Source of the DNA: Lama glama
Lineage: Eukaryota
Assembly (NCBI GenBank): GCA_028534125.1
Contig: CM052832.1
Span: 7,318,001-7,382,000 of the forward strand
Reading direction: 5' to 3'
Length of the DNA stretch: 64,000 bases
Position numbers and translations under genes: made by a program. Positions 26,885-40,075 of the stretch are shown one piece after another (position 1 is the stretch's first letter; every line of letters starts with the position of its first letter). The notes beneath the pieces were generated by a model that worked only from the letters and a program-made list of their open reading frames with translations, was not told the origin of the DNA and did no database searches.

Positions 26885-27384
26885 NNNNNNNNNNNNNNNN
26901 NNNNNNNNNNNNNNNNNNNNNNNNNNNNNNNNNNNNNNNNNNNNNNNNNNNNNNNNNNNNNNNNNNNNNNNNNNNNNNNNNNNNNNNNNNNNNNNNNNNN
27001 NNNNNNNNNNNNNNNNNNNNNNNNNNNNNNNNNNNNNNNNNNNNNNNNNNNNNNNNNNNNNNNNNNNNNNNNNNNNNNNNNNNNNNNNNNNNNNNNNNNN
27101 NNNNNNNNNNNNNNNNNNNNNNNNNNNNNNNNNNNNNNNNNNNNNNNNNNNNNNNNNNNNNNNNNNNNNNNNNNNNNNNNNNNNNNNNNNNNNNNNNNNN
27201 NNNNNNNNNNNNNNNNNNNNNNNNNNNNNNNNNNNNNNNNNNNNNNNNNNNNNNNNNNNNNNNNNNNNNNNNNNNNNNNNNNNNNNNNNNNNNNNNNNNN
27301 NNNNNNNNNNNNNNNNNNNNNNNNNNNNNNNNNNNNNNNNNNNNNNNNNNNNNNNNNNNNNNNNNNNNNNNNNNNNNNNNNNNN
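26885..27384. other. Assembly gap (500 N)
   Basis: Run of exactly 500 N. Confidence 0.99.
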
Positions 27385-28129
27385 CTGAAAGCAGTTCCAA
27401 GTTAGGTTCCAAAGATTTGAGCAAAGGAAATATTGGTGGAACAATGGTAGCAGAAAATGACTATATTTTTGTTATGTCATAAAAATCACTGTCACAAAGA
27501 TGCGTCCAATTATAGAGAAACTACTGAACTAAGCATGGCTGGCTAACTTTAAGTTTCATTAATCTGTTCACTTATTTTGTAATCTATTAGCACTTTTTGC
27601 AAGATAAGCAGTTGCAAGAGCCAAAAGTTTAAGAAAAATTTATGGGAGAATAACTTAAAATTGAGAAAATTCAACTCATAAATTTTCTCCCAAATGAATT
27701 GAGAAGTGACCACTATTATTTAGTTAGAATGGGGTGATAGTAATGCAGGAGCATAATTGGAGAACTGCTACTGTACAGTGAGTTACTGAATACTTCGGAT
27801 GGAATGAATGACAATTTCATTATTTCTATTATGAATGTAGAAATTGAGTAGAGGGGTAAATGTTTTACAGTATTTTTTTTTTTACAGTATTTGCTTTGCA
27901 AAACTTCGAAGAAAGGATTCTCTTGGTTCAGAGTTTTTAATCGTGCATGACTTCCATTTCCAGAAGAAACCAGCAGAGCTTTTTCTAAAAAAAAAAAAAT
28001 CCTTAAGGATATTGTTCTGAATAAATATATTTCACAATGCTATAAAAATTATTACTAAAAAATGACTAGAATGTGATCAAGTAGCATAGTTCATGCTTGC
28101 TAGTTGAGGGAAGTTACAAGTTCTGTAGA

Positions 28130-28272
28130 AGTTGTTCTCAAGTATTAGGGAAACTCAAAATCCCTTGGAGGGTTTGTTAAAGCAGATTGTTGAATTTCTG
28201 ATTCTGCAGTTATAGAGTGGGGTCCACATTTGCATTTCTAACAAGATGTACCAGATTTTAGGACCACTGCTC
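28130..28272. mobile_element. MER5A-like hAT MITE (partial)
   Basis: ttggagggtttgttaaagcagatt...tttctgattc...tttgcatttctaacaag...gaccactgctcta. Confidence 0.7.
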
Positions 28273-28369
28273 TATACCCTTGGCTATCTTCCATTTAACA
28301 CACTTGTGGTTATCTCTTTCCCATTCTCCACAGTGGTTCAACCAAACTTTATCTCCTCATATCCATGTT

Positions 28370-29860
28370 ACCCCGCTTTTCAGCATCCCTGCTTTCCTAC
28401 ATTTCAGAGAAAATTGGGATCATTGGGTATGAACTGTCTCAAGTTCTTATTCTTTTCTTCCAGTTAATCCTTTTCCATTTTAAGGTTCATCCCTCTTCTG
28501 GACTCTTGATAAAAAGACTCCCAGTTTTCTTCCAGGTTCTAATTCCATCTCTGTGTCCTAGAGATTTTGTCATTAGCCCTCTTCTATATCAGGGATTCAA
28601 CCTCTTTACCAGCTTCTTCTCCAAAGCTTCAAAACAAGCTCAAGGTCTTGATCATAAGAAAAAAAATCTATCCTGTGACCTTGAATATTTTTCTCTAGCT
28701 ACTCTCCTTCTTCATAGGCCAAGTTCTTGGAAAGAATAACACTTGATTGCTCAACTTCCTGATCTATTCTTCCTTTTTCAAGTCACTACAACCAAGTTTC
28801 TAATCCTACCACTCCATGGGCTTTGCTTTGCTAAAAGTCATTTTGAACCCACTATATCCAATTAACTCTAATTCTCAAAAAAACTCTAATTTTAGTACCT
28901 TTAATCTCTCTTTGAAACTCCCTGCTCTCCTGGTTTCCATGACATCACTACCTCTTCAGTGCCCTCCTACTGAATGTGGGTGCCTAGAATCCAATCTTTG
29001 ACTCACTCCTCTTTGTTCCATTAATGTTCTCTTGGGCATTTCATTGCCTCTCTTGGCTTCAGTTGTGCCTACAGATCATCGTGAGAATGTTTCCAGGCCA
29101 ACCCTAGGAACCGGGCTAAAGTTCACATCTAAGTGATGTGTGTGGAATGCTGTATACTTTATGCTACTGGTTCCCAAATCTAAATGTCCATCTACTCTCT
29201 TAAACCAGACCTCATTCTGGCTTCTGTCTCTACCATTCTGTCTGAATAGTCCAGTTGGCTACTGGTTATAGCTACCTGAAATTTTGTATGATCACCTTAA
29301 ACTCAACAGGACTAACCTGCCTCTCAGTAAGGTGAGAAAACTTGGAATCATCCTGTTTCCTCTCTCCTTTACATCCATCCTCATATCTTACCAATTGGTT
29401 ACTGGTCCTATAAATTCTACTTTCTTAGAATTTCTTCTTCCTGTCATCTTCTATCATTTCCTTATCCATTGACATAGCTCGAGCCCATATCCCCAATTCC
29501 AATCCTGAATTGTTAACTTCTTCCAACTTTTCACCCTTCCAACTTTTCTTGCATATTTCTGCCAACTTACTAACAGGCAAATTTAATCATGTCATTAAAA
29601 AACATATTTCCAAGTTTCCCCATTTCTTATTAGACAAAGTCCAAATTCCATAAAAGAATGCACAAGACTTTCTATGATCTGGCCCCAACCAAGTTTCTGG
29701 CTTCCCTTTTTACACCCCATGATCCCATCATGCTGGCCAATTTCCAATTCCCTCTAACACACTGTGGCTTTACTCATATTACTCCCTCTACCTAAATGGT
29801 CCTTCCTCATTTTGTTCAACTATTATTCACTTTTCAAGACTGAGTTTCTGAGTCATCTTC
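28370..29860 (+). mobile_element. Ancient L2 fragment(s)
   Basis: CT-rich with L2-type motifs such as caccttaaactcaaca, aaacttggaatcatcct and aaagtccaaattcc...tgatctggcccc. Ends approximate. Confidence 0.6.
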
Positions 29861-30322
29861 TCCGTAATAATAAAGAAAAACAAGATGCATCAAGTGCTTA
29901 TTAAGTGCCAGACACTTTACATAACATTCTCATGCAGTCCTTGTAACAAAACTTGGAAGTTTATATCATCCTTGACTTATGGATGAGACAACTGAGGCTA
30001 GGAGAAGTCCAGTTTTACCTCTAAATTCTCTACTTTCTTTTCAGGTATTGATAGATACCCCCCCCCCCAAAACCCCAGCCAAATCAAAAACAGTTTTTGT
30101 TTTCTTTGTACCTTTTTTTTTTTTTTAATGAAGGGAATGTTTAGCTTTCCTCACATCAAAATACTCCTTTACATACATTAGACGTCTAGATGGGTCTCTA
30201 TTAGGTGAGTAGGATTGGAAATTAAATTATTATTAAAAGAATTACAAATACAAACTTTCCTTCATTTCTATAAGAACTTACTTATGATGCAAAAGCACTA
30301 AAGATAATACAAACACTGTACT

Positions 30323-30931
30323 TGAGGCGGGAAGCCCCATAAAAAGACTGACAGGACCCCCAGGCAGGGCCACTACTCTCCTGCCAGCACCATCCCGTTC
30401 CCTGGCCCAGAGGCTCTATTTCACTTTTTGCCTCCGAAATGGCTTACTTACCCCTAAAATTCTATTGGTTCCCTGAGCTCACTCCTGATTGGTTATTTCC
30501 CTCACTCTTGCTTGATTATTTCCCTTACTCCTGATTGGCCCATTTCCCTAACTTCTGACTGGTCCATTTGTAGTACTTCATTTACATGGAGCTCACTCCT
30601 GATTGGTTATTTCTCTCCCTCCTGATTGGTCTATTTCTACAAAGCTTGTTCCTAGTTTGTCAACTTTTGTTATACTTTACTTGAATATGATGTTGCAAAG
30701 TGTAAACAGGCAGCCTATAAAGGCCAGTGTAAACAGGCAGCCTATAAAGGCCTGTGTAAACCTACAGACAGGCTCCAGAGCTTGGAGTGTTAACCCCTCT
30801 GGGCTCACTGGCATAATAAACCTGAGTTCTTCAACTCTCTGAGCGGCCTCTCGCCGGGATCCAGGTTGCTGTCACAACTGAGCTGTAACACCAAGCTATA
30901 ACACTGAGCTGTAACACATTTTTCCACAACA
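30323..30931 (+). mobile_element. Solo ERV1-class LTR (609 bp)
   Basis: TG...CA termini with a perfect 4-bp TSD TACT (30319-30322 / 30932-30935). Five ATTGG boxes, TATAAA at 30716 and 30743, AATAAA at 30815-30820. Confidence 0.9.
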
Positions 30932-30949
30932 TACTTATTACTTATTTAT

Positions 30950-31849
30950 GCCTAAAACTGAATTCTGAATCTCTTACACCCACCCAGCATACTCCAAGCC
31001 TGGTCCTTTCCGAGTTTATGGCAAATTCACTTTTCCAGTTTCTCAGGACACTTTAGAGCCATCCTTGATTCCTCTCTTTCTCTATAACCCCAGATCCAAC
31101 CTGTCAGTAAGTCATATTGATTTTCAAACTAAATCCAGAATCCAACCATGTCTTATAACATCTAAGGTTAACAACTCTAGTACAAGCCACCATCACCTCC
31201 TGCCTGGGTTAGTGCCTGTGCCCCTGTAAACTATTTTCAACCCAGTAGCCAGAGTAATCATTGGAAACCCTAATCACAGCATGTCAATCCTCAGCTAATG
31301 GCCTCCCCTTCTTGGGCACATGGGCCTTCTACCATCTGGCCTCCTCATTCCTCTATGACCTCATGTTAGGCTATTTTCTTTCTGGGTGACTTTTTCAGCT
31401 AACATGGCCTCCTGGCCATTCCTGCAACTTACCAGGCCTGTTCCCACTTCAGGGCCTTGGCACAAGTTCTTCTCACTGTCTGGATTGCTCTTTATTTAGA
31501 TATCTACTCTTACCTCCTTCACCTTCTTCAAGTCATTATTCAAATGCTGCTTTCTCAATGAGACCTACCCTGCTTGCCCAAAATAAAAATCACAATTCTC
31601 CCATTCCTCTTGTGCTTTTTCTCATTCTATAACCCCACCCCTATTGTATCATTTTTTCCCTGCTCCAACACTCATGGCCTTATAATAATTTAGGTATTTA
31701 GGTATTTATTTTGTTTACTGTCCAACTCCTTCTAGAATATGAGCTTGATGGTGGCATGGATTTTTGTTTTGTTCAGTGCTGTATCTGCAGCTCCTAGAAT
31801 AGTGTTAGCACATGGTAGGTCCATCATAAACTATTGTTGAATGAATGAA
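30950..31849 (+). mobile_element. L2 3' portion
   Basis: ccatccttgattcctctctttc, tcccacttcagggccttggcac and terminal ctagaatagtgttagcacatggtagg...tgttgaatgaatgaa. Confidence 0.8.
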
Positions 31850-32509
31850 ATAATTAGCGCCCATCACTAGCTCTCAGCAAACAGACCTTATGTTCAAGGG
31901 GAGAAATGTCAAAGTTGTTCATTTCCTGTACAAGAGGTATTATATATTGGATTTTATGAAAATGGGAGCAACTAAATTTCCATGTGTCCAAAGAGAGTTC
32001 ATGGGCCCTGTGAAACCCTGATATTCTATGAATCCCTTCCCATTCTGAGTCTTAAAAACATGATCATTTTCCAGCAGCTAAGCACTAACTTTAAAAAAAT
32101 CCTGGAGTGTTAAACCTGCAATGAGGTTGCATCCTAAGAGGATGGATTGTGTTATAGTTCCACAAGCTGCTCAGTACTGGAATTCATAACATTGTTTTTC
32201 CTCATCACTGTGTTGCTCTTCCTGCTTTGAAATATATGAATATAATTGGAAGGTATGGGAAGCCAATTTGATGACACTCTGAATAATGATGTGACACTCT
32301 CTTCCAGTGTATCAATAGATTTGATTAGTATATACCTTTTCATATTGGTCTTTCTTTTAAAATGCATAACATCAGTTGAACATCCAAGTTCATCTAAAGC
32401 AAGAGTCCTGCATATTCGCATTACTTTTGGTAGCATAAATATGAATGTTGAAATTATTCTGTACACCTTTTAGATCCACACTTTGGTCATTCCTATTTCA
32501 AAGGAGCAT

Positions 32510-32620
32510 AGAATTTTAGGGCTACAAGGTTTTATTTCATTTGGTTTGGTGGCCTCATTTTACAGATATGAAAACTGGGGCTGCAGGATATCCAATGACT
32601 TGCCCAGATACCACAGAGCT
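32510..32620 (-). mobile_element. MIR fragment
   Basis: Core ctcattttacagatatgaaaactggggct...atgacttgcccag. Confidence 0.7.
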
Positions 32621-34679
32621 GAATGATCTTTTTGATCAGAACACCTCATTCTAAAAATAAAACAAGGTACCTTTGAGATTGCAATTGAAAAACAGTTCTT
32701 AATATCAGGAAATTAATTGAATGTAGTAACAACTGCAATATGCAATTCTAAACAACATGCACTTCTACACAGTTTATTTCCATGGTGACTATATTAATAT
32801 CAGAATAGCAAATATAGCAAAGGATAAAATAATTGATAAATAAGGAAAGAAAGTCTCCACAAGCATCCTAATAAATAAGAATCACAGGTCACAAAAGACT
32901 AAGAATTTGCAGGTCACCTGAAGTGAACTGCCCTCATGGCATCCACAGAAGAAACCACTTTATCATGAAGATGGTTCCATATTAGGCATGGCTTCTGCTA
33001 TTATTTGGAAAATTGGGGCTTCTTTTATTACTTAATCTAGTCATCTTTTAAGATACCAAGAGGCATTTTTACTTAGATATGCACACTTTCTGTTTGCACT
33101 AATGAGTCTATATGAAGGTTATTACGCCAGAGGAATGTAAAAATTTACAGTAACAATGCTTCATTTTCCTTTAATGGCTTTGTTTGAGGGATAAAGACAT
33201 TTTTGTGGTGGGATGAATTCACTTGGTCTCCTGATGTGTTTTCTCCACATGCTTTGGAAATCACGTGCTTTTCTGAGAGGTGGTAGTCATCTATGTCTTA
33301 ATTTCAGCAGTAGTGTCATTGTTTTAGCTTTGTTATCACAGAGGTAACTTAGTAGCACTGATCATCTAGGATCTTTGATATTAACCTAATGGAAAATATT
33401 TTTGACCTTTTGTGTACAGGAGTGCTCTCAAACTACAGACAAAATTAGGACTAAATCAATTTTTTAAAATGGATTTTAACAGGTTCCAGGAGGTAGACTA
33501 CTAGGATAACTCATGTGACTTCAAAGCTAAGATCTCTGCCAACAGTGTAAGTCACAATTTTCTAAAACTGAGTTTTTGAGCTCCCTCTACCAGGGCTTTG
33601 TTTAACTGTTTTCTTTTTCCCTGGCATACTGTCATTAACTCCTGTTGTGTGTAGTTATATGTAAGTTAGACACCAGTGGCCTGAGAGTAAGATCTGGGTT
33701 CTGTTCTAAAAAAGTATGTGCAATCTGGCCTCCACATGATATAGATAAAACTGCTATGGCAACATTAACTGAACATAATTTTAATTTTGAAATGACTTCC
33801 TTTGGGTTATATCTTCTTAGACGTAATATTAATTTTCCTCTTAACTTTCTCCTATTTTCTCGGTCATGTACTTAAAAGGGCTTTTCAACTATTTGACATA
33901 AATCAGTTTTCCTTCGTAAGAAATTATGACAATTCTCTCTCACTGGTACTTTCCCTTATACTCCACACTTTGCCCATCAATGAACTGAGCCCTGATTTAC
34001 ACGTTATGGTGAGCTTTTACATCCTAGACATATTTATTCTTTTGGAACTTTAATTATTTAGCAAATATTTAAGTGTTGGGGAGAGTAAAGAGAATGAAAC
34101 GCAAAATTAACAGACGACTCAACTATAACCCACAGAGGAAATAACCAAATAAATTACTATTTTAAACAATGTAAGCAAATAGGAGGAAGGAAGGGATTAT
34201 TTCAGAACACAAATATTCATAGGCAAGAAAATAACTGAAGCACTAATGCTTTAAAAAGACTTGATGAAGGTTAGTTGAATATCTATGAAATGTATTTGTT
34301 GTTCCAGAAGTGGGCCTAAGTAGATAATCCAGTTTTCTTTCCTGACAGCTGAAAACAACATAAATAACAAGACTTCACATAAAATACTGAAAGCAGCCCA
34401 AATCATTGTGTTTACGACTATATTAAAGAATTACATCTGTATTAATCAAATGTAAGAGGACAGGATGTACACTGCAAAAGCGGGGGTGTGTGTGCAAGAT
34501 TTTAAAAGGAGGAGGAGCAGGCTAAAATTCTAAGGAAACATAAATACAGGATCATCCATTAGGAAACCTTGAAACAGATAAAGGTTTCAATAATAAAAAC
34601 GTGGTCGTTAAGAGCCTGAGCTTGGTAAAATGAATAGGGGGAAAAAATTCACTGCAGACCATCATCTCCTCCCACTTCC

Positions 34680-35830
34680 AGAGTGACTACGCAGGGGACG
34701 GCCGGGGTGTGGTGATGTGCGGGAGCCGGCGGAAAAGCTGGTGTTTCACGGTCCCAGAAACGGTACCATGTCCACACCCGGGCACTGCGGACCTTCGGGG
34801 AAGCGGGTCTTTCTGATCTCTCCGTTTCCCGGCACCATTCTAAAAGCACCAGTTCCGCTAAGATCCCGGTTCTCCCCAGCTCCGTAAGAGAAAGTTAGCG
34901 GCCAATCTCTGCCCTGAAGTTGAAAACAAACATCCAGCGTCGGTTACCGAGCCCCTCGAAAATCCCAGCCCTCTCAGCTCATTCCTCAAGAATCCAAGCC
35001 TGGCCCCCGAACCCCCTCCAGCTTTCAGCGCATCCCCACTCATTTCCCAGCAGCCCCCGCCCCGAGGGCCGCCGCGTGGCTCAGGGTCGCCCGCCCCCTG
35101 CCCTGCGCCGCGCGCTCCACGGCCGCAGAGAAAGTGCCGGCCCGCGCGCTCCGCGACGCCCCGCCCCCAGCGAGCGTGGCGGAAGTGGCTGGCTCGGAAA
35201 AGGAGACCGCGCGCCACCTGGCCGAGTGCGCATGCGCCGGCGCCCGCGCCCGCGCCGAGAGCGGTGGGGGCGTCGGTAGCCCTCGCTCCGCCACCCCCAC
35301 TCCACAGAGAGGGTCGGGCTCACGCCATCTTGAGCCCCCCCTCCTCCTGCCCCCACCCCCGCCGAGCCACCTTTTCCCTTTCGCCACTTTCAGCCCCCCA
35401 CCCCGCCCCTTTCCAAGCGTGTCCCGGGCCGCCGCCGCAGAAACCGCACCGTCTCTACCCCCACATTCTCCACGCGGGACGCGCAGCCGTGCCTACAAGT
35501 GTTCTTAGAGCAGAGGTTGTAGGGGGGACCGGGGACGGTGCGGGGGCGCGCGGGGGAGAGGGCTGGGGGCCGGGAGGGGCGCCGAGCCCCGCGTCTCTGG
35601 GCCCTGCCCCGGCCCCTGCCCCCAGGGCGGCCGCGGGCGGGGTGGTCCCTGGCGTTCGCGCTGGAGGTGAGGGGAGGACCGAAGCAGCGTCTCCCGGGGC
35701 GCTGGCCCCGCGCGGCGCCCGGGTTCCCCAGCCGAATGTGGAGTTGGCCTTGACTCCTCCCCGTCGGCGGGTGGGCGTGGGGCCAGGGGAGCAGGAGCGG
35801 GCATCTCTGGGGTGTGTAAAGCAGCACCTT
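34680..35830 (+). promoter_or_regulatory. SUPT3H: SUPT3H CpG-island housekeeping promoter
   Basis: CpG island with CCAAT (34902-34906), GC boxes, ETS/GABP CGGAAGTG (35180-35187), NRF1 TGCGCATGCGC (35227-35237) and YY1 CGCCATCTT (35323-35331). It lies ~12 kb upstream of the SUPT3H ATG exon. Confidence 0.88.
35200..35515 (+). other. SUPT3H: Probable SUPT3H non-coding exon 1 (start and donor uncertain)
   Basis: The coding exon at 47781 begins directly after an acceptor, so a 5'UTR exon is needed. Candidate donor GCAGAG|gttgta at 35516. Alternative donors lie near 35667 (gag|gtgagg) and 35846. Confidence 0.5.
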
Positions 35831-36628
35831 CCTCGTGTCGTCTAGGTAGTGTTTTGGGGGGCAGAGTTCTTAAGTGAAGTGTTACTCTATGGGCCAGATG
35901 GAAGAAGAATTAGGTAGCGTTAGTAGAAGTGTAGCATCCAGAAAAAGGAAAAGATCGAGTCCCTTCCCTTTGGGGTGAGCCCACGTATCTGTGACCCCTG
36001 GGGAAATTATTATTTGGGTATTCTGGTCTATAAAATGGGGATAATAATAGCCCAGCTGAGAATTGTGAGGATTACGTTAACTGCTTATAACAAGCCCCAG
36101 ACACTGATCAGTTACCCGTTAATTGCCTGTCATATTGATCTCCTTGTTTCAAGAAATTCAAAATGACTGTGACCTTGCTTTCTAAGTGGAAAATCAGGAA
36201 ACTGGTCTGGATTTAGAGGGTCAGTGGAATGTAATATTTGACAGAGACAATCCTGGAAAGGTGTTATTAACGTACACATGGATAAACGAGCATAACTCCG
36301 TGAGGCTATAGAAACTCTGAACTGCTTCGTTCCTAAGAAACGAGGGTATATTTATTTGGGAGGACAGAACCTAGGGTCTCAGTATATGTGAGGGGCAGAA
36401 CTCTGGAAACAGAATTAAGTTAACTTTGCGAAGATTTACTTGAAGACCAGATTGAGGATGGAACTCGTGGAATTTCTGGTGGATGTTTTAGAGAGGCTGG
36501 ATTTGACTGAATGTTGTAACTAATTTCCCGATAGTAAGTTGCAAAAATAAAGTGCACTTAAAGGTGCTATTGTAGGTTTCTTGTCTCTGGGAATATTCAG
36601 GCAGGTATCTAGGAGCCTAGGTTTAGAG

Positions 36629-36831
36629 CGGCACTGTCCAATAGAACTTTGCCATTATGGAAATATTCTGTAAACCGCCCTGTTCTAATTGGTATCCGCT
36701 AGACACAAGTGGCTCTTGAGCACCTGAAATGTGGCAGGTGCACTGAGGAACTTTAACATTTAATTTTATTTTAATTAATTTAAATATAAACAGCCAAATG
36801 TGCCTTGTGGCTGCCTTATTGGACAGCATAG
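36629..36831. mobile_element. MER3-like hAT-Charlie MITE
   Basis: TIRs ctgtccaata / tattggacag, about 200 bp, 8-bp TSD gtttagag / gtctagaa. Confidence 0.85.
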
Positions 36832-37630
36832 GTCTAGAATCTAGACTTTGAGACCTTTTCCAATTCCAGTTCCTATTTGGTTGAGTTTTAAGTCAGAGAA
36901 GCCAACTCTTAGAACATTTGTTGCCTTAGGGAGTCATAAATATATTCAAATAATGCCTTTCATTCAAATACTACAGTTCAAAGCTTGGGTCTGTTAGTAC
37001 ATTTTTACAGTTTGCAAATTAATGCAAAGCATTCTTTTGACTCCTGGGTTGTACAGCTAAAGCCAGATACATTTAGTCATAACAATATTAACTGGAATTT
37101 CCTTTAATCGTTATTGTATTATCACCAGGAATTTCCACTATCTTTTATCACTTTAGTTGGTTTTTAGTGAAAACCTCTCTACTCTTATTCTTGAAGTTTT
37201 TTCCACTGGATAGGTGCTGCTTTATAAAAATTTTAACTTTTTGTATAAAAACAATTTGATAACTTACAGTAGTAACCTTTGAACGTTGGACCATTTTAGA
37301 ATTAGTTTTGTGGTTATTGGTATTCAAAACTTTTGAAGAGATACGTCTGCCATTTAGTGATATTTTGCAGGATTGCTTTCTTTGAAATATGTAGAGTGGT
37401 TTTTTCTTTTTCAAGTAAATGTTTATAAAGTTAAGTTTGAAAGTAAAACTTAAAAAAAAAAAAGCTTTATAGATAACACCCTTAACTCTGGCCTGATGTC
37501 TGTAAAGTGGTACCCTTGGACTCAAGGCTAAAGATAACCCTTAGATCTGGAACAAAAACTTTAAATTCCCAAATTAAGCTTATACCGAGGATAGCTGATA
37601 ACATACAAATCTAAATGGGTTGCTCTTATG

Positions 37631-37764
37631 TAGCATGACTGTACACCCTGCTCTTTCTGGGATAGTCATGGTTTAGAGCCTGTTTGTCCCAGCATCATTA
37701 TTAATAGAATTCCTTTCATTGTCAAAAATGGTCTAGTTGGTCTGCATCATAATATAGTCACCTA
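37631..37764. mobile_element. MER94-like hAT-Blackjack MITE
   Basis: tgtttgtcccagcatcattattaatag...tatagtcaccta resembles the MER94 consensus as recalled. Confidence 0.6.
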
Positions 37765-38727
37765 TTTTTAGGCTTTTTGAAATTTATAATATATAATTTT
37801 AGCAGGATTAACCATATTGCAGTCTCAGAAAGGTACCTGCTTTAAAGTAGTGACAAAGTTACTGCTTATGTGCTTAAATAACAGGAGCTATCTAGATTAA
37901 GGCCAGAAAGTGACATCTGCATTTAAGCCCTTGTTAATTAAAGTATGTTACTATTCTCAACGGTAATTGGATAGAAATCTTGGGCAGCTGGATTTTTAGT
38001 TCTCTCAGAAAAAGATCTTTTGGTGTAGGAGTCTGCAGAGAAAGGCCATGCCAGTCAGATCAGAAGGTTGAGTATTCTTGTTGAAAATAACACCCATTTT
38101 GCTTTATGGTGAGGTTGAATAGTGAAATTTGTTAGAAATCTGCCTTTTATGTATTAGAATGCTAAAAATTGGTTTTGCTTAGGGTTCACTTAAATAGTGA
38201 AAAATATTTCAGCTCTGCACTGTTGTATTATATATTGCAGTGGATAAAGTGTTTTATTGAGTCAAGCATACTTGGTTTGAATGCTCACTGCTGAGGGTTA
38301 AATGAGTAACCTTGTGATGTGTTGGGTGCAGCAAAGCACCTGAGAAGTGAGTCCCCAGCAAACATGAGCTGCTCTAGCCTTCAGTTTATTGATAGTGTTC
38401 TGAGATGCCTCGTGGATAGGTGCAGAGGGCACTTGAAGCTAATTCCAAAACCTAGGTTTAGCCCTTTTCTGCCATGTTCTTTTTGTTGATTTCAGTTAAG
38501 GTACTTTTCTGAGCCTCAATTTCTTCATCAGTAAAATGAAATTAGTACCTAACCTTATCCCACTTCCTCACAGGATTGCTGGAGGCTTCGGATGAGAATT
38601 ACATAAATTGTTTTCTTGTTTTACAGACATTCAGTGATTTAATTGGTTTGTCTCAACTTGTCTACCTAATACCTCTGGTAAAGACTGACCCTAAATCTGC
38701 AAAAGTTGTTTACATATATTTTAATTT

Positions 38728-38860
38728 TTTTTTAAATTAGGTTTATTTATTTAAAATTTTTTGTTTTTGTTTTTGTTAATGGAGGTACTGGGGATTGAAC
38801 CCAGGACCTTGTGCATGCTAAGCACGCGCTGTACGGCTCTACCACTTTACCCTCCTCCCC
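38728..38860 (-). mobile_element. tRNA-Ala-derived SINE (Vic-1-like)
   Basis: tggaggtactggggattgaacccaggaccttgtgcatgctaagc with a 15-bp TSD catatattttaattt / catgtattttaattt (38713-38727 / 38861-38875). Confidence 0.92.
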
Positions 38861-39604
38861 CATGTATTTTAATTTGTGAAACATCATAGAGTATGGTGGG
38901 CACCATTATTTAAGATCCTTCTCTTTGACAAATGATACTCTAAGTAAATCACAGTGATAGTGCTTTACTGACCTGCTTACAGTATATTCTCTGCACAAAA
39001 CAACTCCATACTACTGCTAAGGGAGAGCCAGCATTTTCATGGGCATTTAATGTGTTCCAGCCATTGTGCTAAATGCTGTTTTTATTTACCCAAGCATGTC
39101 AGTCCCACTTAATAGGTGATAAATGTTGAGGCTCTTACTTTCTTGAATGGATCTGTAAGTTTTTTTGCTCTATACTACTGCCTCTGATAATATCTGACTG
39201 ATAGTTAATGGATATTAAAGATTAAATGAGGTAATGAATATGAAAATAGTGTGCTGTCTGGCATATAGTATGCAGTAGCTGAAAAATGCTGTGTTCGTTG
39301 AGTTCATAGAGCAGTAAATTGAAATAATTTATGTGAACTTTATAAACTGTGAAATACTATACAAATATAAATTTAAAATCTTCACATGTACTTTTGCTGT
39401 TTCAAATGCTATGGAGGTTTTATGGCTGAATCCTTTATATTTCACTGTATTCATTTGTTTCTGAATCTTTAAAAGGCTACTCCTAATCATAACATTCTTC
39501 CTCTGAGATACATGTTTAATAAGAATACTTTGTGATATGTTGTCAAGAAGTCATACTCATACTTGGATTCTTTTTCTTCATCACTGTCGTGGTCATCGTG
39601 ATGA

Positions 39605-39805
39605 ACTGAGTGCTTTCTGTGTACCAGGCCCTGTCCTGAGTGCTTTGTATGTATTATGTGATGTAACCTGTGAGAGGAGTATTTTTAATCTCCTTTTTAA
39701 AGATGAGGGAACTGAGGCAGGGAGGTGATGTGACTTGCCCAAGGTCACCTGGTTTGTGTGAGAGCCTGTATTTGAACTCCAGAGCCCAGCTCTTTACTGC
39801 TAACC
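39605..39805 (-). mobile_element. MIR
   Basis: agatgagggaactgaggcagggaggtgatgtgacttgcccaaggtcac core. Confidence 0.85.
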
Positions 39806-39914
39806 TGTGAGTCAGCATAGGCAGGTACTTCACAACAAAGTTCGCTATGACAAACACATTGTGGAGGTCTTGTGAGTTAATTGTAGTCAACTTTTATTTG
39901 CATGTTCCTTGTGG

Positions 39915-40075
39915 GATAGTAGAGAGAACTCTGGACCAGGAGTCAGGGGACCTGAGTTTTAGTCCCAGCTGTATCACTAAATAGTGATGTGTCCTTGGGC
40001 AGTTCAAGAAACCCCTCTGGACTTCAGTTTCCTCACCTGAAAAATGAGGGATTTGGATGAAATTAGTGATTTTTC
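39915..40075 (+). mobile_element. MIR
   Basis: gtgtccttgggcag...cttcagtttcctcacctgaaaaatgaggg core. Confidence 0.85.

Noticed and set aside
26828..27444. ORFs spanning the gap
   Set aside because: Artefacts of translating N runs.
34649..35845. ORFs in the SUPT3H CpG island and a possible divergent coding gene
   Set aside because: GC-driven open frames. The minus-strand aagATGgcg is followed immediately by TGA, and I saw no strong minus-strand donor.
39605..40075. Head-to-head MIR pair as a hairpin or miRNA precursor
   Set aside because: The copies are ancient and too diverged to support a stable duplex by eye.
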